This document shows positions 24,205-36,691 of a DNA stretch of 64,000 nucleotides, piece after piece. Position 1 is the stretch's first letter. Every line of letters starts with the position of its first letter. Made by a program: the position numbers and the translations under genes. The notes beneath the pieces are model-generated. The model was given only the letters and a program-made list of their open reading frames with translations. It had not been told where the DNA came from and ran no database searches. Origin of the DNA: Okamejei kenojei (lineage: Eukaryota); the NCBI GenBank assembly GCA_035221665.1, contig CM069131.1, forward strand, positions 27,528,001-27,592,000. The letters run 5' to 3'.

Positions 24205-25290
24205 TCAGTGGCTGAATCTGAATCTCCTCAATCTTCTGAGGAAGTGGAGGCGTTGATGAACTTTCTTTGTTACTGCATCAGTGTGGTGGGCCCAGGACAG
24301 ATCTTCAGAGATGTGCACACCCAGGAGCTTGAAGCTGTTGACTTTCTCCACTACCATCCAGTCATCAAAAACAGGTTCATGGATCCTCGACCTTCCTGTA
24401 CTGAAGTCAGCAATCAACACCTTGGCACTTGTCAATGTTGACAACAATATTTTTGTTCTGAGACCATTGAATTAGATTATCAATCTCCTTACTCGACTCT
24501 AAAAGGCCTGTCCCACTTAGGCGATTATTTAGGCGCCGCTGGCGACTGTCATAATCGTAGCAGGACGCTGAAGAAACGGCGACTGGACCCCCCCTATGAC
24601 AATGTCTACGACAAGCTACAACCACCCACCACCTAGTCGACGGCAAGCTATGGCAAGCTACCGACAACCGGCGACCCATGAGGACGTCCACCTATGACAA
24701 CCTACGACCACACGGGCGACAACTGAAGTCAACCTGCGTCCACCCTACATCTACAAGCTACATCTGGCTATGACCCTGTCGGTGACAACTGAAGACAATT
24801 CAGTCGCCGGTACCTGTCGCCAGTTAACAGAGGTTGACGTAGGTAGTCGCCAATGGAATTCACCGAAGTCAGCACCGGTGACAACTACGTCACATGGTGA
24901 CAACCTTCGACAGCACCTAAGTCAGGAGAAGTCAAGCTACGCTCATTGCGCAACCCACTGTTGCCGACTGTCGCCAAAAATGTTTGAACAGGTTGAAAAT
25001 CCAGCGGCAACCAGAAAGACACTGTGACTCTTTGGGCAATTAACGAGACTACTCCTGAGCATACAGGCGACACCCCAGCGACCATGTGGTGACAGCCTAG
25101 TCACCTGTAGTTGCCTAAAAAATAGCCTAAGTGGGACAGGCCCATAACTCATCATTACCTGTTATTCGTCCCTCTACAGTGGTTGTATAGTTGGCAGATT
25201 TAAAGATGGTGTTGGAACTGTGTTTCGCCTCACAGACATGGGTATATAAAGTAGAGCAAGGGACTGGGCACACAGCTTTGAGGTGCCCCT
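24205..25290 (-). mobile_element. Rex1/Babar RT fragment split by a MITE
   Basis: VNSFKLLGVHISEDLSW...KKVHQRLHFLRRLRRF peptide; continues beyond 25147. Confidence 0.75.
24503..25144. mobile_element. PIF/Harbinger-type MITE (subfamily B, long)
   Basis: TAA TSD on both sides; TIR AAGGCCTGTCCCACTTAGGC; internal ctacgacaa-like repeats at ~24595-24790. Confidence 0.85.
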
Positions 25291-25364
25291 TTGTTCCTGC
25301 TCACTATCAGAGTGTTATGATTTTCCCTGTTACATTTTATCCTAAAATGCAAAGAAAATGCTGT

Positions 25365-26500
25365 GTAGAAACAAGGAACTGCAGTTGCTGTTTACGCAGA
25401 AGGTCACAAAATGCTGTATGTACTCAGTGGGTCAGGTAGTATCATTGGGCACTATCAATATGTGCTGCTTTGGGCCAGGGCCCTCCTTCAGACTGATTGT
25501 AGGTGGATGGAGGGGATAGAAAGATGGAAGAGAGGAGATGTCGGTCAAAGTGTAGTAGGTAATAGGTGGTTATGCAAATGATTGGAACAAAGACAGAAGG
25601 TGTGAGACACAGATTGGAGAATTGCGGATTGTGAAGCCAGGGAAAGGAATGGAGGGGAGGATGAGGAGAAAAATAGGTACGGGTCCAGATGGGGCGCAGG
25701 GGAGGGAGGGGTTGTTAAAGATTACGTAAAAATGGAGAATTCAATGTTCATGCCATTGTGTTATAAGGAACCCAAGCAGAATATGAGATTCTGTTACACC
25801 AGTTTTCATGTGGCAATGGAGGTGGCTCAGGACAGAAAGGTTAGTATGGGAATGGAATGGAGTTAAAATGGTTAGCAACAGGAACTACGCTCTGGAGGAA
25901 TGAGCGCAAATGTTCGGCGAAATGGTCGCCAAGTCTACGCTTGGTCTCGCCATTGTTCAGGAGGCCACATTGGGGACACTGGATGCAGTATATTAAGTTA
26001 AAGGAAGTGCAAGTGAACCACTATCTCACCTGAAAATACTGCTAGTGTTACATCTTTTGCAGTTGCATGGAAAAGTACCTGGGGAGGGGGTGGCTTGGAT
26101 GGGAAAGAATGAGTGAACCAAGGAGTTGTGGCAGGAGCAGTCTATGTGGAAGGTGGAAAGGAATGGAGTTGGGAAGTTGTGACTGGTGGTGGGATCATGT
26201 TGGAGGCGATGGAAATGTTGGTGGTTGGACCACGTTGGAAGATGCTGTGTTTCCATTTCCTATTTCCTACTCACGAGTGGAAAAGAAATGTGTAGGAAGG
26301 AACTGCAGATGCTGGTTTAAACCGAAGATAGACACAAAAAGCTGGAGTAATTCAGCGGGTCAGACAGCATCTCTGGAGAAAAGGAATAGGTGACGATTCG
26401 GGTCGAGTTTGAAGAAGGGTCTCGACCGAAACGTCACCAATTCCTTTTCTCCAGATACACTGTCTGCCCCCCTGAGTTACTCCAGCTTGTTGTGATTATT
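25365..26500 (-). mobile_element. Penelope-like element 3' remnant with a fold-back terminus at ~26325-26495
   Basis: Minus-strand GETKRRLGDHFAEHLRS (GIY-YIG) and GTFPCNCKRCNT (PLE linker); PLE tails on both sides. Confidence 0.8.
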
Positions 26501-27716
26501 TTTGATGATGGTAGAAGCTATTTTAAAACAAGCACAATAAATTAATAAAGTTGTATTCAAGAGACATATAGAAACGTATCACAACTTAAATTCACATTCA
26601 AGTTCATGATTGATTATAGTCAACTAAAAAATTGGGGTCAAAGCAGCCACATGCATAGGGGAGTGTTGGTTCAAGGTATTTATGTCTAAAGTGGAAATGA
26701 CGAATCCTTTCATAAGAAGTTCAGTCATTAGCTAGAAATATTAGCATGCAGCACAGGTGCTGCCTGGCTCAAGTATTTCCAGCATTTTCTAGCTTATTTC
26801 TGTTTCCACATTCAACAGATTTTTGCTTTTGTGTGATGCAAACTGAAATTAAATCAGAACAAAGAAAACTATGTAGGTATGAAGGGTGAGTTGGCTTGGG
26901 AAAGTATTTCAAAAGATCTTCAAGGTAGATAAGCAACGGCAAGCATTTAACAATTTTTTTTTTTATTCACAGCAGCCTCGTTTTGTTAAAGTATTAAAGA
27001 AAAATTCTCAGGAAAGTGATCTAATTGTGCCTAGTAAGATAATGGTAGATTGAAGTTGAGTTTATAACATTGTCAAAAAGAGTAGTAATTGAGGACTTTG
27101 GAACTTGGCAAAAGATGATATGAAACTTCACAGAGAGAAACTGAGGGCAAATTATCGGAAGATATATAAAAACAGATTGTAAAGACTTTATGTAAAGTGG
27201 AAGAGGTTGAGCAGAGATGTGGGTTCCTCAGAGCTGGAAACGGCTGATATAAGGCAGATAGAGTAAATGGATGAGGCACAAATACTTTATGGGAGAAGTA
27301 CTTCAGGATCGGTAAGATGGTAGGACATATCTGCAACAGACTGGTGGCTTAATGGGGATCACTGTTTCTGCTTTGATTAAATTTGCAATAAAATAATTAA
27401 TTACCCAAAATTAAGTGACCCAACTGTTGTATTGTGATTCAAAACCATGTCTCCAGATGGGTATTGCAGTCTGCCTGCATTACTTCAAGATTGATTGATG
27501 GAACATAGGTCACTAGAGCTAAGATAGTCACGTTATCTACAGCTCCCGTTTGTTACCCTAGATTCGTATTCTTCAAACATTGAAGGGAAAGAACCCTTTG
27601 GCCCATCGTGACTTTGCTGGCTTTTGGGGCAATCACAATTCCCCACAATTTCCCCTTCAACCTACTCATTCACACGTGTCTATCAACACCACTCAAACTC
27701 TGAGCCACCCACACCT

Positions 27717-27742
27717 GGGGGGGGGGGGGGGGGGGGGGGGGG
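27717..27742 (+). repeat. poly-G run (26 nt) inside a decayed minus-strand V-SINE
   Basis: Direct reading. Confidence 0.9.
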
Positions 27743-27924
27743 TTGTTGGGAGGGAGGGGAAAGGGAAGGGGGAGGAGGGGGAGGATTAACCGTCACCTAT
27801 CGACCTACCAATCGACATACCTGTGGGATGTGGGAGGAAACCGGGGACTTCCATGTATTCCGTTTTACATCCACACTAATGCATTCTGCTAGTCCCACTT
27901 ATTGTTACAACAATGGCATATTGA

Positions 27925-29577
27925 CAGTGCCCTCCATAATGTTTGGGACAAAGACCAATCATTTATTTATTTGCCCCTGTTACTCCACAATTTGAGATTT
28001 GTAATAGAAAATATCACATGGTTAAAGTGCACATTGTCAGATTTTATTAAAAGTTTTTTTTTATACATTTTGGTTTCACCATGTAGAAATTACAGCTGTG
28101 ATTATCCAAAGTCCCCCCCCCATTTCAGGGCACCATAATGTTTGGGACAAATAGCTTCACAGATGTTTGTAATTGCCCAGGTATGTGTAAATGTCTCCTT
28201 AATGCGGGTTTAAGAGAGCTCTCAAAACTTAGTCTTCCTCCAGTCTTTCCATCACCTTTGGAAACGTTTATTGCTGTTTATCAACATTGGAACCTAAGTT
28301 GTGCAAATGAGAGTCAAAGAAGCCATTATGAGACTGAGAAACAAGAATAAAACTGTTCGAGACATCAGCCAAACAGGCTTACAAAATCAGATGATGTTTG
28401 GAACATCATTAAGAAGAAAGAGAGTACTGGTGAGCTTAATAATCGCAAAGGGACTGGCAGGCCAAGGAAGACCTCCACAGCTGATGACAGAAGAATTCTC
28501 TCTATAATAAAGAAAAATTCCCAATCACATGTCCGACAGATCAGAAACACTCTTCAGGTGTGGATTTGTCAATGACCACTGTCCGCAGAAGACTTCATGA
28601 ACAGAAATACAGAGGCTACACTGCAAGATTCAAACCACTGGTTAGCCGCAAAAATAGAATGACCGGGTTACAGTTTGCCAAGAAGTACTTAAAAGAGCAA
28701 CCACAGTTCTGGAAAAGGGTCTTGTGGACAGATGAGACGAAGATTAACATATCAGAGTGATGGCAAGAGCAAAGTATGGAGGAGAGAAGGAACTGCCCAC
28801 GACTCAAAGCTCACCACCTCGTCTGTGAAACATGTTGGTGGGGGTGTTATGGCCCTGGCACGTATGGCTGCTGAAGGTACTGGCTCACTTATCTTCATTG
28901 ACGATACAACTGCTGATGGTGGTAGCATAATGAATTCTGAAGTGTATAGACACATCCTATCTGCTCAAGTTCAAACAAATGCCTCAAAACTCATTGGCCG
29001 GCGGTTCATTCTACAGCAAGACAATGATGCCAAACAAACTGCTAAAGCAACCAAGGAGTTTTTCAAAGCTAAAAAATGGTAAATTCCTGAGTGGTCAAGT
29101 CAATCACCAGATCTGAACCCAACTGAGCATGCCTTTTATATGCCGAAGAGAAAACTGAAGGGGACTAGCCTCCCCAAAAAAGCATAAGCTAAAGATGGCT
29201 GCAATACAGGCCTGGCAGAGCATCACCAGAGAAGACGCCCAGTAACTGGTGATGTCCATGAATCGCAGACTTCAAGCAGTCATTGCATGCAAAGGATATG
29301 CAACAAAATACTAAAAATGACTGCTTTCATTTTCATGACATTGTTGTGTCCCAAACATTATGGTGCCCTGAAATTGGGGGGGGGGGGGTCTATCTATAAA
29401 CACGGCTGTAATTTTTACATGGTGAAACCAAAATGTATAAAAATGGCCTTTGTTAGAATCTGACAATGTCCACTTTAACCACATGTCATTTTTTTCTATT
29501 ACAAATCTCAAATTGTGGAGTACAGAGGCAAATAAGTAAATGACGGGTCTTTCTCCCAAACATTATGGAGGGCACTA
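27925..29577 (+). mobile_element. Tc1-family DNA transposon, IR/DR type, near full length (~1.65 kb)
   Basis: ~225-bp inverted repeats starting CAGTGCCCTCC. Each has outer and inner direct repeats ccataatgtttgggaca (27934 and 28133; mirrored at 29347 and ~29552). TA flanks are mutated. Confidence 0.93.
28307..29314 (+). pseudogene. Disrupted Tc1 transposase (DD34E)
   Basis: VLWTDETKI, LQQDND and SPDLNPTE with 34 residues between D and E; GRPRK motif; ends GYATKY*. Several frameshifts and an in-frame TAA at 29080-29082. Confidence 0.92.
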
Positions 29578-30554
29578 ACTCTTGGGCATCCGGGTGAAGC
29601 ATGAACGTGATCCTGTGAGAGACGTGTGCAAAATGCTTCTTGCACAAGCTGGTTTCTCTTACTCTTCCTACTTCTTACTGTTCTTGGTTGCTTGTTGATA
29701 TTCCTGCATTTCGCCCATTTTAGCACAATAAACAGCAGAAGCAGTCACAAAATGTCTCAGAACTTCCACTACAATATCAATGATATGAAGGGGAAATGTA
29801 TTCAAAGCCGCAACCAAGCGCATTACTAAGAATCCACAGGCAAATCAAATAACCCACAAATCAGGTTTTACCACAATCCTTTTTTTGCAAAAGGTGAAGA
29901 CCCTTATTTATATATGCCATTTGCTTCAGCACTCTGTTTAGATGGCCACCTGGGATGGCTGAAAGTCAACAAGCTCATTATAAAATCGCCACCTCTTTAC
30001 GATCAGGTATGACGTACAACTGCACAAAATTCATCCTCTGCTTATTTTTGTAACTCAAACTGGGAACAGTCAATTAATATCTTGTCTATGGAGGCAGATA
30101 AGAAAGTTTCCCCCACTGATATCAACAATTGTCCATTCCTGGGCCCAATGCTACACCTCATTCCAAGTCATACTAATGTAAATTTTACAGATTGGCCATA
30201 ATATTAATACTCTTTTATAAATGTTTCTGTCTGTTGAGTATTTTAACATAGCATGAACATTCTGTTACATTTATAGATCTGGGATATGATGTTGGCAAAT
30301 GCCCCGAATATCGGCAAAGTTTTCTTTTTGCCCACATCAAAATTCTTTATTAATAACAATAAAATGTCAACAGTCGCAGAGGAGAGGTACTATAACTTTC
30401 CTGATACGTTGGAATTAAATATATTCAGAGGGGGTCATAGACACACACAATGCAGAGAATATCCAGGATGATCACATGTTCCAGTCCAGGGAACTTTTAT
30501 TTCAAAGTAGATTCTTCCCATTCAGTGTACAGTTCTGAACACCCTGCTAATGTC

Positions 30555-31020
30555 ATCAAAAGGATGCAAAAAAGATTTGGAGGGTTTAAGTTCTAAAGAG
30601 TGGGTGGATAGGCTACGCCTTTTTGTTTCTCTGGGGCATAGAAGGCTGAGGTGTGATCATACGGATGTTTGTAGATTCCTGAAGGGCATAGATAAGGTGA
30701 ATAACCAGAGTCCTTTCCCAAGGTAAGGGGGTATAAACCTAGAGGACATCGGTTTAGGGTGAGAGGGGGAAGATCTTCTAGGCCTGAGGGGTAACTTTCT
30801 CACAAAGAGGTTGGTAGATATTTGGAATGAGTTGCCTGAGGAAGTAGTAGAGACAGGTAGAATTACAACATTTAGTAGGCATTTGGATGGGTACATGGAT
30901 AAGAAAGATTTAGAAGGATATGGGCAAAACACAGGCAAATGGGACTATCTCAGTTAAGCACCTTGGTCGGCATGGACACATTGAGTCAAAGTGCCTGTTT
31001 CTGCACTGTACAACTCTGAT
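30555..31020 (+). mobile_element. CR1 3' fragment (older)
   Basis: gaaggctgaggtgtgatc...tggaatgagttgcctgaggaagtag...cctgtttctgcactgta. Confidence 0.8.
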
Positions 31021-31159
31021 CCTATAATTCTATTCTGGTACATAGCAATAAATGGGGTGCACTGCAATTATGGTAGTTATAATTTCATTATAAATCTCTG
31101 CTCATTCTTGCTGAGTGCTGGCAGCTTACCAGACATAGTAAAAGAAGGCATGCTTATAG

Positions 31160-31480
31160 ACATGCATATTATAACCATTCAAGGTAGCTATTTGGCCCAT
31201 GAGGTCCATACCAGCTCCCAGTGGAGCAATCCTGTCAGTCAAGTTCCTCTGTAGTCTGAAACTATTCTCTCTCATGAGGCCAACAATTCTCCTTTTGGTT
31301 CTTTTATCACTCGTGTACAAGGGGTAACCTACTTGCACACTTGTGGGATGTAGGAGGAAACTGGAGCACCCAGTGGAAACACCCATGGTCACAGGGGAAG
31401 CTTGCATCTACATGCAGGCAGCATCCAAAGTGAGCATCCAGCTCAGATCCTGGAAGCTGCGAGGCTGCGGTACTGCTGTA
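31160..31480 (-). mobile_element. Diverged V-SINE
   Basis: ttgtgggatgtaggaggaaactggagcacccagtggaaacacccatggtcacagggga is the reverse complement of the V core. Confidence 0.7.
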
Positions 31481-32157
31481 CCAACTTGACTTTATTGAAC
31501 ACGTCTATCTACAGTGATCTTGGGGCCACGGAGATGCTTTTTGTGATACAAAACGTATTGAGCGACAGCAATTTTGACAGAACGCAAAAAGATGAAATAG
31601 TAAATACAGTGCATTCCTAAATTATCTTGTGACTTAAAACTTACAAATACTTCTCAGCTGCAAATTGTAAGCTAATGTAGGAATTAATGGTACACAGCAA
31701 GATCTTTCAAACAGATTTAAACCCCAAATCATACATTTTTGCAGTGTTCCGTCGGCAGCCCCTCTGAATTGAGATGATGTCCATCAGGCTTGGTTGATTT
31801 TCTGATGACTAAGGTACACAATTGTCGATGCACAAGTTCTTTGATGGGTGGGGAGCATCTTATCATTCATGGATGTGGGGTTTCTAGCCCTGGACTGGAC
31901 TCCTTCCTCCACTCCTACTGTTCCCCAGGTTGCCAGGCTGTTCCTTAATTCATCAACAGAGCAACACAAATGCTTTTCTTCAGATGCATAGAATCTCTTA
32001 ACATATGTCTAATTTGTCTGAAAAGCTAGTAATATCTTAGTGCAGTTTTCACCTGAACACAGCACTTTCAATGCACCCAGAGTCTCTCAAAATTAAGACC
32101 TAAGTTACATGGGGGAAATATTCAAGTAACCTTTAGAGACATAGAGCTAGACAGCAT

Positions 32158-32708
32158 GGGCAGCACAGTGGCACAGGAATGGAGCTGCTGCCTTAAAGCC
32201 CTGTCCCACGGTACGATTTCATTCCAAGAGCTCTCCCGAGTTTGCCCTGATTCAAACTCGGAGATTTACAGTAATGGCCACTTGTCGGTACTCGAGGCTC
32301 TCCTGGACATTTTTCAACCTGTTGAAAAATCTTCATGAGTCTTCCCGCCTTTAGCGAGTCTTCCCTGACGTTAGCGAGTCTTCCCGAGTCCCTGCCATTA
32401 GCGGTACGAGACGCTAAGAGACGTCCCCGAGCTCCGACGTACCTGCTACGTTCATTCTCCGTGCTGACCATGAGTTTGATTATTTTTAAACTCGGGAGAG
32501 CTCTTGGACTGAACTCGTACCGTGGGACAGGGCTATTACAGAGCCAGAGACCCGGGTACGATCCTGACTAGGGTGCTGTCCATATGGAGTTTGTACATTC
32601 TCCCTGAGACCTGTGTGGATTTTCTCCAGGTGCTCCTGTTTCCTCCCACACGCCAAACACATAAAGTTTGTAGGTGAATTTGTTTCTGTATATTGTAAAT
32701 TGTCCTTA
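32158..32708 (+). mobile_element. V-SINE interrupted by two Harbinger-type insertions
   Basis: Head 32158-32195 resumes at 32539 (gctgcctta|cagagccagagacccggg); truncated at 32709. Confidence 0.8.
32196..32535. mobile_element. PIF/Harbinger-type MITE (subfamily A)
   Basis: TTA TSD on both sides; TIR AAGCCCTGTCCCACGGTACGA. Confidence 0.9.
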
Positions 32709-33297
32709 TAGCCCTGTCTCGCGGTGCGAGTCCACTCACGAGTGAACCCAAGTGAAAGAAAAAAAACAGACTTGTGGTTATGTATGAGATTCCAAGTTTA
32801 TGTTCAAGTGTTTAACCGAGTTCCCATGGGTATGCCATTTCTGCGATGTTCCAAGTTCCTCTCCCGAGTTACCAAGTTCCACTCCCGTTACTCTTGAGCC
32901 AACCGTGAATGAAGGTATGTTTTATAAGCAGCAGTGTTAAAGAAGACATCTCCATCCGGCGGCTTTGAGTTAAAGATAGATTTCAGCGCAGCCGCATCTA
33001 TTGATATGACCTACAAAGTGAAAATGCGCACCGCCCAGTGCCAGAGCAGTTATACGTATGATTTGTTTGAAACACACATCACTTAGTTAGAAGACCAGCG
33101 GGCGAAGGTTTGTTATATTTGGAGGGGCAAGCGAAATATAATGCTGATAGGTCTGAGGTGTTGCACTTTAAGAGGGCTGATAAATTAGGACATGTGCAAT
33201 GAGTGGTAGCAACATTGGGAATATCGTATTAACAAGGAACGCTGTTGTACAAGTGAAAAAAAATCGCTTGAAGGCAACATCGCAGCTGGATAAACGA

Positions 33298-34135
33298 TAG
33301 ACAAAACGTGCCGAAGTAACTCAGTGGGTCAGGCAGCATCTGTGGAGAAAAAGGATGGCTGTCGTTTCGTTAGAAGAGTCCCGATCCGAAACATCTCTCC
33401 AGAAATGCTGCCTGATCCGCTGAGTTACTCCGGCACTTTGTGTCTTATCTTTGGTATAAACCAGCATCTGCAGTTATTTGTTTCTACTTAGCACAGCTAG
33501 ATGTGGTGGTTAGGAAGATGGTGATACAAAAAGCTGCAACTGTTGTCATCTTGGGCAAAACACGAAGCACTGGAGGAACTCAGGGGGTCAGGCAGCTTCC
33601 GTGGAGGGAATGGAGGGGGACGTTTCCTATTGGGACCCTTCTTCGGACCGATGGTGAAGAATGGTCATTCCGAAGAAAGGTCGCGGCCTGAAATGTCGCA
33701 CTCCATTGCCTGACCTACCGAGCTCTTATCCACTGAGCACTTGATGATTTGCTCAAGGTGGGTTGCAACGTTTACGGAATCCTTGCTTTCTTTAACCGAG
33801 GCTTAGAAGTGTCGCCAGGTTATGGTAAAACGTTCTAAAGCATCACAGTAAACCTACATTAATCTAACATTCTTGAGACTTCAGTGGCGCCCAAACAAGC
33901 AGATTTTCCGGAGAGGACACAAAGTGCTGGAGTAACTCAGCGAGCCAGGCGGCTGCATCTCCGGGGAACATGGATAGGTGGTGTTTCCGGTCGGGGCCCA
34001 TCTTCAGAGTCTGACCCGTGCTACCGGAGAGTATGAGTTTCTGGACGGTCTGGTGTTGCTCCCGCCTGACCTGCTGAGTTACTCCATCACTTTGTGTCCT
34101 TTTGTCTAAACCAGCATCTGCAGTTCCTTATTCCT
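33298..34135. repeat. Cluster of three fold-back Penelope-terminus palindromes
   Basis: At ~33298-33490, ~33555-33735 and ~33915-34135. Each runs gtaactcag...gcagcatct into its reverse complement. Confidence 0.7.
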
Positions 34136-34289
34136 ACAGCAGATTTTCAGGTCTATTGGATATCCTTATTAATGCACTAAGGCATCTTGTATTCACATTT
34201 TTATATATGTTTGACAGCAGAGTGCAACATTTTCTATTGAACCCACAAACTTTAGAGGGAGTGCGGGCATCACAAGCAGGCGAGTTTGT

Positions 34290-34805
34290 CGGGAGCGTGG
34301 GAGCCGCACACAGCGAGTGGTACTTCCCCAACTCTACCCCCACTCTACTACCCCCACTCTACATCTCTTCGTCTCACCACACAGACCAAAGTCCCCACCA
34401 TTGTCTACAACTGCATTTCATGCTGCTTCGGGAAAGCAGCCAACTTAACTAAAGACCTATCCTACCCTGGCCATTCCTTCCTCTCCCCGCTCCCATCGGA
34501 AGAAGAAACAGAAGCTTAAAAGCGCGCATCGGTAGAATCAGGAATGCATTCCTTCCCTCTGTTATCAGGCTTCTGAATGGTCATTCCATAAGTTGGGGGA
34601 CCGTCCGATTCTCCTCTACCTCATTGTGGCCATTGGACTTTGTCTCTGGAATTCAGCGCTAAAATATTGAGAACGACAAGCTCTGCATTTTGTTTCTGTC
34701 CCAATCTATGTACTTGAATTTAGTTTACTTCTATTTATGTATAGTATTATCTGATTTGACTGGATAGCATGCAAAACATAACTTTACACATGAAAGTAAT
34801 AAATC
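34290..34805 (+). mobile_element. Rex1/Babar-like 3' fragment
   Basis: KAANLTKDLSYPGHSFLSPLPS peptide and tail. Confidence 0.65.
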
Positions 34806-35144
34806 TAAACCGAATGTTGTTTGTATCGGGTAGTTGTGCATCGTTGTGGCGAGTTTGTCGGTAGCAAGCATCTTTCTGAAAGCAATGAATGCTGAGGGCA
34901 AACCTTAACAACCTGAATACAGACTTCTAAAAGGGTCTTGACAAAGTCGCAATATACGTGGTGTAAAAGGAATATTGAACATATACATGCGGTCAACAAA
35001 ATATTAGACAATCTTGGTAAATACTTGTGGGAAAGTGAAGAGAGAGTGTGTGTGTGTGTGTGTGTGTTTTAGTGTCGTTTGCAAAATTGACTAACCATGC
35101 CTCCAACATTAATACCTACCCTGTATAAAAAAACAAATAAATCA

Positions 35145-35470
35145 CTGTTGATACAATCCTCCAATCTGAAAAATAACTGTACTTCCTTTCTTACCTATAA
35201 GCCAATTCTGAATCCAGTTGGCTTGTTCACCCTGGATACCATATGACCCAACCTTCCAGACCAGTCTACCATGTGCTACCCTGTGAAAGGCCTTGCTGAA
35301 ATCAATGTAGACTATCTCAAATGCACTTCTATTGTCAATCTTTCTGGATATATCTTCGAACAACTCAATCAAATTGGCGAGATACAATTTCCCATGCACA
35401 AGGACATGCTGATTATCCACAATCAGTCCTTTACTTTCCAAATGCATGTGGTTCCTGTCTCTCAGAATCC
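35145..35470 (-). mobile_element. CR1 RT fragment
   Basis: IVYIDFSKAFHRVAHGRLVWKV...WIQNWL. Confidence 0.85.
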
Positions 35471-36162
35471 CCATCATTTTTAAATTAATTAACTTAGAAG
35501 CAAAAGTAAGCAAATGAGTCAATCAGAGATGAGTAGAATATTACTATTTGTAGTACTACTACGAGTATTAGTAGATTACTTTACTAATTTTAATTTTAGG
35601 GACATGAGAGGTAAAAAGAACACATAGAACTAATTGAGATATTATTATAAACACAATTGTACCTATGATTAGGTGAAAATAACTTTTAAGTATGTTGAAT
35701 ATGAGCCATTATTCTGAGAAATAATGGGTTGTATATTATAATTGGACTGTATACAATTTAGTTGATTAATTTTGGAACTTAATTGAAAAATCATTTTAAA
35801 ATCTCCCTGTGACATGGGTTTTCCCTTTCAGAAAAGCTAATAATAAAGAGAAGTGCTGATTTTTATGATAATAAATGCAGAAATTATCTAGTTTTTTAAA
35901 ATATTTCCTTGAAGAAAGAGAATTTTCTTTTAAATTTTATACCTATGGGGGAAGACAAGGCTATTGAAAGATGCAGAACCTTAAAAAAAAACCTGATACT
36001 TCAGATATCAAACACAAAACCTAAGTCCAGCAGGTTTTAACATTTGCGAGTGTTAATTTCAGCTGTTAGCACTTGGCCTCTGAGGTTGAAGAGCTTCAGT
36101 AATTGTACTGAGCTTCAGTGGCTCAGTCGTCCCCATTATAAATGTCTGCGTCTGAGGGTCAA

Positions 36163-36184
36163 GTTGCCACAGCAACGGTAAACA
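36163..36184. promoter_or_regulatory. Candidate RFX X-box with adjacent forkhead site
   Basis: GTTGCCACAGCAAC (36163-36176) fits GTNRCC-n2-RGYAAC. GTAAACA at 36178-36184; TATAAAT at 36137-36143. Motif match only. Confidence 0.4.
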
Positions 36185-36676
36185 GAATAATCACTGGGGG
36201 TAAAACACAAGTAACATAACATAAACTCCTATTTTTGAGTGAGAGTTTGCATTTATATTTTTGTTTCTTTCTGCCCATCCTTATTTAGGAGCCCATACTT
36301 ATTGGGAATCTAATCTGAGCCCCCAAAGAGCAGGCTGCTCTCTCCCTGAGAATACAGTGGCATAAGGGTGAGGGGGATGACTAGGGAGAGGAAATTGCAA
36401 CCCGATTGGACAGATGGAGCTTAGCTATAGACTTGCTGCCATTGAACTGAATGCTGGGAGGATAGACAGTGTGGGAATTGCATTGTTCAAAAGAAAGGGA
36501 ATTTGAAAAAGTTTGTCTTTTAAAATTATCAATTCATCTGATGCATTTAAAAATAAAAAGTCATGCAAGGTGTTTGGAGGTTGGAATGTGAAGGAATTCC
36601 GCAGACACTATCACTAATAATTTATTTGGCTGATAGATGTTTTTAGATTAATTGCCTTTCACTTCAGGCACTGTGA

Positions 36677-36691
36677 CTAGCAGATGGCGCC
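36677..36691 (+). promoter_or_regulatory. Candidate CTCF site
   Basis: CTAGCAGATGGCGCC, one mismatch to CCASYAGRKGGCRS, in non-repetitive sequence. Confidence 0.4.

Noticed and set aside
24595-24790. Short recurring ctacgacaa motifs resembling an array
   Set aside because: Irregular degenerate repeats inside a MITE, with no constant repeat/spacer period; not CRISPR-like.
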